Shown piece by piece: positions 10,945 to 23,818 of a stretch of 64,000 nt of DNA (position 1 is the first letter of the stretch; each line of letters begins with the position of its first letter). The notes beneath the pieces are model-generated. The model had not been told where the DNA came from, did not search any database, and saw nothing but the letters and a program-made list of their open reading frames with translations. Location of the stretch: the NCBI GenBank assembly GCA_951406725.2, contig OX597816.1, positions 121,520,001 to 121,584,000 on the forward strand. Reading direction: 5' to 3'. Position numbers and translations under genes: made by a program. Origin of the DNA: Octopus vulgaris. Taxonomy: Eukaryota.

Positions 10945-13487
10945 ATGCAGTGGTAGTAGTAGTGGTAGAAGGTTGTAGTCGGGGATGAGGTGCCCGAGGA
11001 AATAGTGGTAGTGATGTGATGATGGTAGCGGTTGCGCGCTGGGAAGTGGGGGTTGTGATGGCTGTGGTGATGGTATGGGTATTAGTAGCAGTGGTTGATG
11101 TTGAATGAAAATTGCCAGTGGTTGCTATTGGTATTTATTGGTTCTGGTGTTGGTGTTGGTGTTGGTGTTGGTGTTGGTGATGGTGGTGGTGGTGGTGGTG
11201 GTGGTGATTGTGATGGTAGTGGTGGTGGTGGTGGTGATGGTGGTGGTGGAGGTGGTGGTGGTGGTGATGTTGTTGGTAGTGATTGTGATGGTGGTTGTGG
11301 TGCTGATGGTGATGGTGGTGGTGGTGCGGATGGTGGTGGCGATAGTAGTGGTGGTAATGGTGGTAGTAGTGGTGCTGATGGTGGTAGTGGAAGAGATGGT
11401 GTGTTAATCGAGGTGGTAGTGGTGGTGGTGGTGGTGATGGAGGTGGTGGTGGTGGTAATGGTGGTATTTGAATAGAGGCGTTTGTGATGGTGATAACATG
11501 GTGGTAATGTTGTGATTGTTATTGGTGGTGGTGGTGGTGGTGGTGTGGTGGTGGTGGTGATGATGGCCGTCGTCGTCTTCGTAATACTGGAGTTGCCAAC
11601 GGTAGATAGAAATAGTGATGCTTTCAAGGTGGGGGAGGCGGCGTTGATAGTCAAGGTGGTGGTAGAGAAGCTATAGAGACATCCCCATCACCACCACCAC
11701 CACCACCACCACCACCACCACCACCACCACCACCACCACCACCACCACCGTGATCCCCAAAACCACCATCACTGATGCTGTTGCAGGTATCATTGGCTAT
11801 GTTGTTGTTGTTGTTGTTGGTGGTGGTGGTAGTGGGTGGTAGTGGTGGTGGTGGTGGAATTAGTGCTATCGAAGAGTTTGGTCCTGTTATCATTATGCAT
11901 CTCTACCATCGCCGCCGCCACCGCCACCACGTCCACCACCAACTCCCCTCCTCCCCTCCTCCACACCCACATCTACTCCCACCACATCCATCACCACATC
12001 CACCACATATACCACCTCTTCAACCACCACCACCACCACCACCACCACCACCACCACCACCACCACCACCACCACCACACCACCGCTACCGACAGCAACA
12101 CCAACAACAATACCATTTCACACCATTCATACAGGCACTACTACATCAACACTACATCACCGGCGCATACACGCACCATACCAGTGCTATTCCAAGAACA
12201 GAAGACATTCACCACCACCATCATCGTCATCATCATCATTTTCATCATCAGCATCACGACCACCACCATTGACACCAGCACCCATCTTTATTGCCCCAAC
12301 CAGCGATAAATATCAGCCGACGCTGCTACCGATATCCACTCCACCCTAACCCAATCTCCATCCCTCTCTAGACGGCACATCACTAAAACCCCTCCCACCA
12401 CCACCACAACCACTGCCACCACCACTACCACTACCGCCACCACAACCTCAGCCACCACAGCTACCAGAACCACCACCACCACCACCACCACTGCTACCAA
12501 CACTGCTCCACCACCACCACCTCCCACCACCACTACCACCACCACCACCACAACCACCACCACCACTACCACTACCGCCACCACAACCTCAGCCACCACT
12601 GCCACCACCACCACCACCACCACTGCTACCAACACTGCTCCACCACCGCCACCTCCACTACCACCACCACCACAACCACTGCCACCACCACTACCACTAC
12701 CGCCACCACAACCTCAGCCATCACTGCTACCACCACCACCACCACCACCACTGCTACCAACACTGCTACCACCACTGCCACCTCCACTACCATCACCACG
12801 ACCACGACCACCACTACCACTACCGCCACCGCCACTACCACTACCTCAGCCACCACTACCGCCACCGCCACCACCATCATCCCAACCGCTACCACCACCG
12901 CAACAACCACCACCACCACTACCACCACCGCCATCACCACTACCACCACCACTACCACCACCACCACAACCACCACCACCACCATCACGACTACTAGCAG
13001 CAGAAGCAGTAGCAGTAGCAGTAGTGACGGCGGCAGTAGTAGTACCAACCACATTTGCCCACACTTCAACATCAGAAACACCCTTCCTTAACAACGAACA
13101 CGAGTCAATTAAAGAGACCTCTCTGTGGGTTATTCGATTTGCTCGAAATAGCTACCAAAATCTCTTAGCAATTCATAATACTCTACCGTCTTAAACAGGT
13201 CACGTTGAGCAATATGACCCCGTCGCTGGTTAGTTCCCTGGCAAACAGGGGAAAGACGAGTTGATCATGGTTGGAATGCTTTTAATCATAGCTCTGTCGC
13301 CTACTTGATCAGAACTAAGTCGAGGCTAAACTACGAAACAACAAATATCACTCATCAATACATCATCAACAACTCTACTCGGATCGCTACTCCCCACCAC
13401 CAAAAACCATCAATACCACCGCTTCTATCATTTTATCACTATCATCACCTCTGTCATGACGACGACGACTACCATCCTCCTCCTCCC

Positions 13488-13525
<38 letters not shown>

Positions 13526-13660
13526 ACGTTATCATCATCATTATCATTGTCGTCGTCGTCGTCGTCGTCACCGACGCCGCCATCATCATCATCATCATCA
13601 TCATTGTCATCGTCGTCGTCGTCACCGACGCCACCATCATCATCATCATCATCATCATCA

Positions 13661-13694
<34 letters not shown>

Positions 13695-14280
13695 AGCCGC
13701 TGCCGTCAACATCACTATCTTCTTTCTTTTCCACTTCCTCCTCCTGCTCACCACCACCGCCGCCACCACCACCACCACCACCACCACCACCATCATCTTC
13801 ATCATTAGTTATCATCGTCATCGACGTCGTTGTCTTCGCTTTCGTTATCACCGTCACTATCGTCGTCGTCGTCGTTGTCATCATTATCACAATCATATCG
13901 CCGTCGTCGTCGTAGTCGCCGTCATCGTCACCATCGTCACCGCTTCCATTACACCTCCTTTCTATCAATGTTGATATAATCTTTTGTCTCTGTGACCTCA
14001 TCATCACCATCGCTACCATTAATACCACCACCGCCACCACAACCACCACCACCACAACCATCACCATCACCACCACCACCACTACAATGACTACCACCGC
14101 TGCTACTACTACAATCACAACGTAACCATCACACAATCACCGCTATCACCAAAACTGCTACCATCACAATCATCAGCACCACCAGCACCGCCACCAGTAC
14201 CACCAACAGTTCCGCTGCCACCACTGCCACCACCTCCACCTTCTGTACCAGCGCCACCACCATCATCACATGTCGCCTTT
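10945..14280. repeat. 3.3-kb trinucleotide low-complexity block: (GGT)n, (ACC)n, (CAT)n, (GTC)n
   Basis: Directly visible. Includes a higher-order repeat (accacaacctcagcca...ctgctaccaacactgct) at 12380-12860. Confidence 0.95.
13101..13345 (+). mobile_element. family H element, full-length decayed copy (candidate HDV-like ribozyme head, AAC-like tail)
   Basis: Head gagtca-att-aaagag-acc-tctctgt-ggg-ttattc-ga-tt-tgctc-gaaa-tagcta-ccaaaa-tctctt. The body (ggttggaatgcttttaatcatag...gatcagaact...ggctaaac) is homologous to minus-strand copies at 47172-47380, 38440-38625 and 26635-26815. Confidence 0.6.
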
Positions 14281-14672
14281 GACGCCGGTTGAACACTCAT
14301 GCTAATTTAACGAAATGAATTAGTCATTGAACATGCAAGCTTTACCCCTTCCCCTTCTCTACCCCCATCTCATTCTCTTACTCCCCTTGTCTCTCTCCCT
14401 CTTCTTTTCTTTCCCTCTTTCCTCCTGGAGCCTTTGGATCTTCTCTGGCTGGTTTCGAGCCGAGCCGATCATTATAAATACTCATCCATTCGTTCATTCG
14501 TTATTTCCTTCGTTTTATTCATTCTTTTATTCTTTCATTCTTTCATTCTTTAGTTCGTTCATTTTATTGTCTAGTCTTTAAAGTTTCCTCATTCCGAACC
14601 TATTCAAAGCGCAGGAAGTAAAGAACACTTCCAAATTATATCATCATCATCATCATCACTACCACCACCACC

Positions 14673-14705
<33 letters not shown>

Positions 14706-14989
14706 TAAACTTCTACCGCCCTTTTGTGATTTATTCTTGGAATGTCCAATTCATCAGTCGTTTTTGTGGCAATTTTTTTTTTTTGGGGGGGGGGACACGC
14801 ACATGTTAACTTGCAGAAAAGTGCCATTCTACGTTCTTCAAGAATGCTAAGAAAGATTCTTGAGATTTGTAGAAACTTGTTGTCACCAAAACCTCAGTCA
14901 GGATAATATCACTGCAAATTATGAATGCATGAGGAAGATCAGAAAATTTTAGAAGAGTTGCAGGAAGTAATGAGTAAAGAAGTAAGAAA

Positions 14990-16410
14990 AAGATCGCCAG
15001 CATTAAGACGTACCAACAGAAGGAAGCTGCTAGAAATGACAAAGGAGGAAAGTAGATTTTGTTATCAGTAAGATAGATACTAAAAATATAGGAGACACTA
15101 ACTTATTGGTTTATGCTGGAGGGGTCGTAGTTACGAGAAGATTAGATATTCCACGAAGAAAGATTAAGAAAGAGCAACTGTGGAAAAGAAAATTACTAAA
15201 TAAAGTGAAGACTTAAAGACAAGATCTGAGTGGAATGGAAGTCTGGAAAATGATCAAGATAGGAAGCATAAGATGCAAATTTTCACTCGTGAAAAGATAC
15301 TTAGTCAAAGAGAAAGGATTTGGGACAATAATAGAAGAGTTAAAACAGTGTATCATAGCAGTAGCAAGCAAGCTCTCCAGATATCAGAAAAGAATAGATC
15401 AGTATCAACAGAATAAATTATTTGAGATAGCCCGGAGGAGATTTTATAACCAAATAAATAGTGAAGAACGAAGTACTGAAGATGAGAAACCTGATGTAGG
15501 AGCTAGAAAGTTCTGGAGTATTGTTTGGGATAAGCCAGTCAATCATAATGAAGATGCAGTATGGTTAAAGAAAGTGAGGGAAGAAGTGGTGAGTGAGAAG
15601 CAGCCAGATCTAAGATTAACTAGTGCATTAATGAGTAAAGTGTTAGAGAAAATGCCGAATTGGAAGGGCCCAAGACCAGATTTAGTTTAAGGGTACTGGT
15701 TAATGAAATTGAGTAGTTTTCATGGGAGGCTAAGGGAACAACTTCAGGATTGCCTTAATGGAGGAATAATACAAGACTGGATGACTAGAGGGAAAACAAT
15801 ACTCCTTATGAAAGAGAAAACAAGGGTAATACAGCTAGCAATTATAGACCAATCACTTGCTTACCATCAGTGTGGAAGTTGTTAACAGGAATGCTTTCAG
15901 AAGGCATTTACGAGCACCTTGACAACCAGAATTTACTGCCAGAAGAACAGAAAGAAGGCTAGAGGAACGCATGGTCTGTTATACATAGACAAAGCAGTTC
16001 TAAATGAAGTAAAAGCTAGAGAGAAAAATTTAACAATAGCATGGATAGATTATAAGAAGGCCTACGACATGTTCTCACACTCATGGATAAGTGAATGCTT
16101 GAATATATTCAGTATAGTAGACAACATAAAAGAATTAATTAGTTGTAGCATGAAGTAATGGAAAGTAGATCTCTACTCAGTTGACACAGTCTTAGGGAAA
16201 GTTAATATAAAGAGAGGGATTTTCCAAGGGGACTCGTTATCCCCTTTAATATTTGTCTTATGTTTGACCCCCACTCAGTTTAGTACTAAAGGAGGCAAAG
16301 ACAGGGTATCAGTTCAGAAATAGTAAGGAAAAAATAAACTATTTGCTCTATATGGATGATCTGAAGCTTTTTAGTAAGAATGAAAAGGAGATAGATTCCT
16401 TTATAACTGT
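14990..16410 (+). pseudogene. R4/Dong-clade non-LTR retrotransposon reverse transcriptase, decayed
   Basis: Motifs MPNWKGPRPD, NYRPITCLPSVWKLLT, LLPEEQK, AWIDYKKAYD, KRGIFQGDSLSPLIF and LLYMDDLKLF, spread across frameshifts and stops. Confidence 0.9.
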
Positions 16411-16519
16411 ATGAGTATGTGAAAAAAGTTGATTGCTTAATTTGAGTTTATATTTTAATTCTTATCTTTTGTCACGTGTTCGACCCGAGTACTTCGTAAG
16501 CAGTTCTATATATTTCGTA

Positions 16520-17545
16520 AGAAAGATTTCTTTATTGGCCACGCAGGGCTAAACACAGAAGGGACAAAATACAAAGTAGAGCTTTTCTTTTTGGGAAGAA
16601 GAGAAGAGGAAAAAAATGAAAAAAAAAAAAAAAAGTGGGGCGAATTCCGATCAAAAGGGATCGTGAAAAAAAAGGTGGGGAATTCCGATCAAAAGGGATC
16701 GTGACAAAAAGTGGGGCCAATCAATAAGGATTGTGTATCACAGAAATGTCATTGTAAAAAGGGAAAACAGATTAGGTTTTTCCGTGGATAGAAAAGCCTA
16801 TGGAAAATACCACGGGAACCTTGGGCAATAGTGTCATGCAAAAAGAAAACACATTACAGTAAGTGGGTCTCTTTTCTCCTTTCGCCTTTTTTTTTCTTTT
16901 GGTTCATAGGATTATGCTCAAGCTGGCTCCGTCATTCACACATACCATCCTTGCTACATTCACCCATCTTTTTTTTGATACATTCACTAAATAAAACTTC
17001 CCTCTCTACTCTCACCTTTCTCTTCAAGTGATACTTGAAGAAGTTAATGAGAAATTGACCAGAGAGGAAAGTGTTTGTCTCAAGACCTTTCAAACGCGTC
17101 CACCATACATATTCTTTCACCATAGCCACACGTACGATGAAAATAGCTATTCCCGTTTCAAGGAAGGAGGCACGACAATATTCACAAAAGACTCGGTTGA
17201 TAAACCGACCCGTCCCACACGCTATAGCAGTCATTCGACATAGGCCCACAGGTCGGAAATGGTTCGACACTGTACAAGTACGTGCAGAACAGTTTCGTCG
17301 CTCTGACCGCATCTCGGACAGGTCGGCCCCGTGTTTCTCGAGACATGCCTGTAGAGCTTATCTCGAACGGGTAGCGCTTCTCGACAGCACTGCCAGGCCA
17401 AAGATCTCTGGAAGTTGTCCATAGATCCCAGCCCGAAAGTCGTCTTGAACAGGCGGGTCAGGTACTCCTCGTCGACCCCCAGGTTCGCCCCGAGATCATC
17501 GTCGTACCTCCCCTCCACGAATCCCTTATAGACTGCTTTGGTTCG
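16520..17545 (-). mobile_element. Tx1/L1-clade LINE 3' fragment (ORF2 C-terminal CCHC knuckle plus 3'UTR)
   Basis: ORF 17231..17650 contains AWQCCREALPVRDKLYRH...CPRCGQSDETVLHVLVQC. The 3'UTR ends ...tttagccctgcgtggccaataaagaaat. Confidence 0.85.
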
Positions 17546-17547
17546 TA

Positions 17548-18388
17548 AGAAAGAAAGAAAGGTAGGAAGGAAGGCTGACTGGATGAGGCGCCACTTCATT
17601 ACCGGTGCATTGTGGTCTTTCCCTTTCTTTTTTTTTTTTTTTGTTGGCATCAGACTTTCTCAGAATATATGGGGGAGGGTTGTCTTTTTGTTGCTTTCTG
17701 TCTGTGTTTGTCCTCCACATCTGCTTGGCAACCGGTTTTAGTGTGTTTTACATCTCTTTAATCTAGCGGTTCGGCAACACATACCGATAGAATAAGTACT
17801 AGGCTTTAAAAAGAAAATAAGTATTTAGGTCGATTCATTCCACTAAAAATTCTTCAAGGCAGTGCCCCAGCATGACCGCAGTCAAGTGACTAAAACAAAT
17901 AAAATATATTGGGAGGGGATCAGCGGAGAGTCACAAGACCGCCCTTGGCTCTTCAGGCCCGGCCTGGACCTCAATCTCATTCCCGCACCCAGTCTAAGGG
18001 CCCTTGCATTAATTCGTGTAGCTCAAGATTTGCTGTTAATAAATACATACCATACGTCCACACTCACCCATGTGTTGCTATGCCCTGGTACCTATGATAC
18101 TATTATCATGGCTCCAGCTAAGGTGTGGTGTCACGTTGCTATTTCTAACAAGTTGAGCGACAACTTTTTAGTTCCGTTGTCCAAAGTTCACTGCGGGCGA
18201 TGCTGTTCAAATCCTGACTAACCTGTAGTGCAAAACCCAATTGTATTCTGAGACAGCCTGATGCCAACAAAAGAAAAAAAAAAGGAAGAAGAAAAGACCA
18301 CAATGCACAGGTAATGAAGTGGCGCCTCATCCAGTCAGCTTTCCTTCCTACCTACCTACCTACCTACCTTTCTTTCTTTCTTTCTCTT
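17548..18388. repeat. foldback structure: ~120-145 bp inverted repeats (17548-17668 / 18243-18388)
   Basis: gctgactggatgaggcgccacttcattacc.gtgcattgtggtcttt...ttgttggcatcag.ct.tctcagaata is present in both orientations. Confidence 0.85.
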
Positions 18389-18514
18389 TAGTATATATAA
18401 TTCTGTATACGTGTCCCTCTCTCCTGTCTGTCTGTCCGACTCTCTCTCTCTCTCTCTCTCCCTCTCTCTCTCTCTCTCTCCCCCTCTCTCTCTCGCTATA
18501 TATATATATATGTT

Positions 18515-18720
18515 ACTCTTTTTACTCTTTTACTTTTTCACTTGTTTCAGTCATGTGACTGTGGCCATGCTGGAGCACCGCCTTTAGTCGAGCAAATCGA
18601 CCCAGGACTTGTTCTTTGTAAGCCTAGTACTTATTCTATCGGTCTCTTTTGCCGAACCGCTAAGTTATGGGGGCGTAAACACACCAGCATCGGTGCCAAG
18701 ACACATAAACATATACACAC

Positions 18721-18791
<71 letters not shown>

Positions 18792-18962
18792 CATATATAC
18801 GACGGGCTTCTTTCAGTTTCTGTCTACCAAATCCAGTCACAAGGCTTTGGTCGGCCAGAAGCTACAGTAGAAGACACTTGTCCAGAGTACCACGCAGTGG
18901 GACTGCAGCCAGAACCATGTGGTTCTTAAGCAAGCTACTTACCACACAGCCACTTCTACGCC
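18515..18962 (-). mobile_element. SINE family A, complete with internal (TA)/(GT) microsatellite
   Basis: Both head and tail modules are present in order. Confidence 0.85.
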
Positions 18963-18982
18963 TATATATATATATATGCATA

Positions 18983-19018
<36 letters not shown>

Positions 19019-19053
19019 TATATATATATATATATATATACATTCAAAATGCA

Positions 19054-19256
19054 ACCGAGCGTGTACCGTTGGCGATTTTTTTCCTCTGTCTTCCCTTCTC
19101 GGGATCTTTCCTTCTCCTATGTTTCTGACGAAGAGCTCCGCTCGAAACGTTAATCCCCCTTCTTCCCTTCCTTCCTGAGCGTCCAATAATACTATATTTG
19201 TTCCACGTCCTCGCGTTGTTATGTTTTCTCTTTGTGTTTTCATGTGTGAATTAACT
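19054..19256 (+). mobile_element. Penelope-like pLTR-derived short element with intact minimal hammerhead core (19121-19155)
   Basis: GTTT-CTGACGA-A-GAGC-TCC-GCTC-GAAA-CGTT-AATC. Confidence 0.7.
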
Positions 19257-19388
19257 ATATATATATATATGGGTACAGGACGTCACCAACAGTAACCAAA
19301 ATGAAATATAAAAACAAACGAGTTAATGGAAAGCAGAACAAGTTATACAAAAAATACAAAGAACGACACTTCATCAGTTGTCGGCTGC

Positions 19389-19521
<133 letters not shown>

Positions 19522-19572
19522 CATACATACATACATATATATATATATATACATACATATATATATACATAC

Positions 19573-19622
<50 letters not shown>

Positions 19623-19639
19623 GTATATATCATGTATAT

Positions 19640-20065
19640 ATCATCATCATTATCATCATATAACGTCCGTTGTGCATGCTGGCATGGGTTGGACGATTTG
19701 ACGCGGCTGGAACGCTGGAAGGCTGCACCAGACACCAATTTGATTTGGCATGGTTTTCTATGACTGGATGCCCTTCCAAATTACTCCAAAAGTGTAAGGG
19801 TGCTTTTATGTGCCATCGACACGGGTGCCATTTGCATGACACCGGAGTGCATTTACGCGTCACCGGCACAGGTGCCACTTTGTGTGACACTGCTATCTGC
19901 CACGACTGCGATTTTGACCGGCTTCATGGGTCTTCTTCTCAATCACGACATAATGCCAAAGGCCTTCGTCATTTCCTCCGTGAAGCCCAATGCTCGAAAG
20001 GAACTCAGCCACTTCGCCTCCGTGAGGCACAACGCTCAAAAGATGTGCTTTACGTTTACATGCAA
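19640..20065 (-). mobile_element. SINE-like family D with (GAT)n tail
   Basis: The plus strand reads (cat)n-taacgtccg...catgctggcatgggttggacg...ctggatgcccttcc. Homologous to 20827-21367. Confidence 0.7.
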
Positions 20066-20118
<53 letters not shown>

Positions 20119-20354
20119 TATGTACATATATATGTGTGTGTCTGTATTTGAACTTGACTCTAGGACCACATTAAATGTTCATACAGAACCAGGAGAGAGT
20201 CAAGTTCTGGCTGCTATATCTAGCATGGTGGTATCTTTTAGATACCCTTAATTATAATTTTAATAATAATTATTACCTATGAGGTTTTTATTCCCATGCT
20301 AGCCACTTGATATGATCGGTATTTTAAATAACGATCTTATCCTAATATCAATTT

Positions 20355-20588
<234 letters not shown>

Positions 20589-20591
<3 letters not shown>

Positions 20592-20745
20592 TGCAGGATT
20601 GGCTGTGTGGTAAGAAGCTTGCTTGGCCTCGGGTTCAGTCCCACTACGTGGAATTTTGGGCCAGTGTTTTCTACTATAGCCTCGGACCGACAAAAGCCAA
20701 TGTGAGTGGATGATTTAGCAGACGGAAACTGAAAGAAGCTCGTCG
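20589..20745 (+). mobile_element. SINE family A, 5' half
   Basis: Head module homology. Confidence 0.75.
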
Positions 20746-20826
20746 TATATTTATTTTAAAAAAATATATATATATATGCGATTGAACGTTACGCATCCAT
20801 TTCCAAATAAATTTATGTACATATAT

Positions 20827-21367
20827 CATCATCATCATCATCGTCGTCGTTTAGCGTCCGTTTTCCATGCTACCATGGGTTGGACGGTTCTACAGGGGTC
20901 TGTGAAGCCAGAAGGCTTCATCAGGCACAGTCAAATCTGGCAGTGTTTCTACGGCTGGATGCCCTTCCTAACGCCAACCACTCCGTGAGTGTAGTGGGTG
21001 CTTTTTACGTGCCACCCGCACAGGTGCCAGACAGAGCTGGCAAACGGCCACGAACGGATGGTGCTTTTTATGTGCCACCGGCACAAGGGCCAGGCGAGGC
21101 TGGCAACGGACACGAAACGGGGCGGTGCTGGCAACGGTCGCGAAACGGAAGGTTCTCTTACATGCCACCGGCACTGGTAACACATCTGCAATTTCCATTT
21201 TGATCCTCACTTGCCTCAACGGGTCTTCACAAGTAGAGTTTCGACATGCCACCGGCACTGGTAACACATCTGCAATTTCCATTGATCGATTTCCATTCTG
21301 ATCCTCACTTGCCTCAACGGGTCTTCACAAGTAGAGTTTCGACATGCCACCGGCACTGGTAACACAT
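20827..21367 (-). mobile_element. SINE-like family D with internal 84-97 bp tandem repeat
   Basis: ggatgcccttcctaacgccaacc core. catgccaccggcactggtaacacat starts at 21161, 21245 and 21342. Confidence 0.7.
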
Positions 21368-22547
21368 ATAAAACTTAGAAACTTAGATATGTTTTGACCA
21401 AAGATTAGTCCAGGTTATGTCTAACTTAATAGCACCACCTGATAGGATTATCTAAATCCTCTTTAAGTCAAGTTTTGTTTATGGTCCATTCAAGCAGTGA
21501 GTTCTTGTTGAGTGAGTTGTATCCAGGTATGGGTGGCTTATCTGGTATTCCTTGAAGAAATCTGGCCAGACTCCTTTTCCTCTTTGATCAGTTTTGGGAC
21601 AATGTTAAACAGGGTAGGGCCTGCTGAGGAAAAGAACTTATGTCGCAGTGTACTTATATGTTGTAATCCTGAATTGGGCAAGGGACGTATGGGCCGTGAT
21701 CCCAGCCTTGGATGAACCTTGAAACTAATGTTCAGGTCGTCTGGGCAATGCTGGCGGTATACTCTCCACATCGTACAAATGATGTACCGCTTGCGGCGGC
21801 GCTAGAGAGGGTAGAGTTTCAAGGTTTTAAGGCGGTCCCATTAATCAAGATCACTAATTCCTTCAATTCGTTTAGTGAGTGCCCTCTGGGGTGATTCAAT
21901 CCTCGAAATGTTTTGTTTTTTTTTTGTAGGGGGAGACCACAGGGGGCAGCAGTATTCGAGGTGTGGCTGTACAAAGGAGAAAAGTGGAATGATGACACCT
22001 TGTTCTCTGGACCGGAAGGTTCATAAGATCCAGGAGCTCATCTTACGAACTATATCGACCTTATTGTTGATGTGGGCACTCCAACTGAGATTGTTATCAA
22101 CAATTACACCCAGGTCTCTGATATCATTAGATGCCGTGAGCGGTTCCCCCGAAGGAAGAGAGTATGGCTGTTTTGGTATAGACTTTTTTCCAAAATGCAT
22201 CAGCTCAAATTTTCCCTCGTTCAGTTGCATTTTGTTTTTGTCTGCCCATTGACTCACATCATATAGATCAGACTGGATTTGAGTTCGGTCATTTTCTTCT
22301 TTGATGATTTGCTGGAGTTTAGTGTCATCAGCAAATATTTTCATTTTGCAGTGATTTACGATGCTGGAAAGGTTATTTATGTAAATTATAAAGAGGAGCG
22401 GGCCCAAGACAGTCCCCTGAGGGACACCACTGGTGACTTTTGCTGGGCTTGAGTGGACTCCATCGACTACAACTTCTTGTGTTCTATTCGCCAGGAAATA
22501 CTTAATCCAGTGTAGGAGCTTTCCACGAATTCCAACATTTACCAATT
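21368..22547 (-). pseudogene. CR1-type LINE, 5'-truncated reverse transcriptase and 3' end
   Basis: ORF 22021..22545 contains SGVPQGTVLGPLLFIIYIN, FADDTKL and DLGVIVDNNLSW. Downstream are PHLEYCCPLWSP and further decayed C-terminal sequence. Confidence 0.92.
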
Positions 22548-23070
22548 TTGAAAATAAGATATTATGGTGCTTGTTTTACCCCTCTGCGAGGTTATTTTAT
22601 TTTAATTCTCTCGCAGGAAGACCTAGTATTGACGAGTCGTGTCCTGTCTTGCCTTCGAAACACGCTAAGTCTACTAGCGACAGTTGATGATTGGGGATTT
22701 TCCTTGTGTAGCTTGTCCTGTACCTTGTTTTTCTGTTGTAAATAATGTTTTTCCCGTTTTCGTTCTCGTCCTGTTCCACGTCCCTGTCTTTCTGTTGTAA
22801 AAAAATGGCTTTTCCGTTTTCGTTTCTGTCGAGTTCTACGTCTTTTTGTGGTGTCCTGTACTTACGTATATATATATTTATATATGCATGTATATATACA
22901 TGTAGATGTAGGTCCGTTTGTATGTATGCATATATTTTATTTATTACACTATTGTCTGACAGCGCTTCGCGTCGGGTTCGTTCGATTCTTCGCTTCGTTC
23001 CGTTTCTTATCCTCCCAGTATTGTTTTATATATATATATATATATATATCATCTACTCTCTCTGACTCCC

Positions 23071-23072
<2 letters not shown>

Positions 23073-23102
<30 letters not shown>

Positions 23103-23136
23103 TGTATGTATGTATGTATGTATGTATGTATGTATG

Positions 23137-23179
<43 letters not shown>

Positions 23180-23231
23180 TTATCTATCTACCTACCTACC
23201 TACCTACCTACCTACCTACCTACCTACCTAC

Positions 23232-23283
<52 letters not shown>
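23073..23283. repeat. compound (ATGT)n-(ATCT)n-(ACCT)n-(ATCT)n microsatellite
   Basis: Directly visible. Confidence 0.95.
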
Positions 23284-23284
<1 letters not shown>

Positions 23285-23612
23285 GTTTCCACTCCTCCTC
23301 TCTCTGTGTACCTGCTCTTAACAGTTGCCATTCCTTACAAGCAATAACAAAGAATGTAAAATCCGTGTCTTGGAAAAATAAATAAAAAAAAAAGACGAAA
23401 CAAGCAAAAAAGCTAAAATAGGAACAAAAGGCAAAAAGTTCAAATGAAAATTTGTTAAAAGTACATTAATAAACGAATCTGTTTAAAACAATATCTCAAG
23501 GAAGGACTACTCCCTATTTACACACCCACCCACCACCAACTCACTCTTATCTGTTACATACGTCACAAACCCCCACACCCACATTTATACACATACTTAC
23601 ATTTATACATGT

Positions 23613-23643
<31 letters not shown>

Positions 23644-23711
23644 CACATACACACACATATATATGCATATATATATATATATATATATATATTGCTATAA
23701 AAATATATATA

Positions 23712-23742
<31 letters not shown>

Positions 23743-23757
23743 GCATGTGTATATATG

Positions 23758-23818
<61 letters not shown>

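Noticed and set aside
11082-14300. Mucin-, extensin- or Gly/His-rich ORFs
   Set aside because: These are trinucleotide tracts open in many frames on both strands, with frame switches and no splice or domain evidence.
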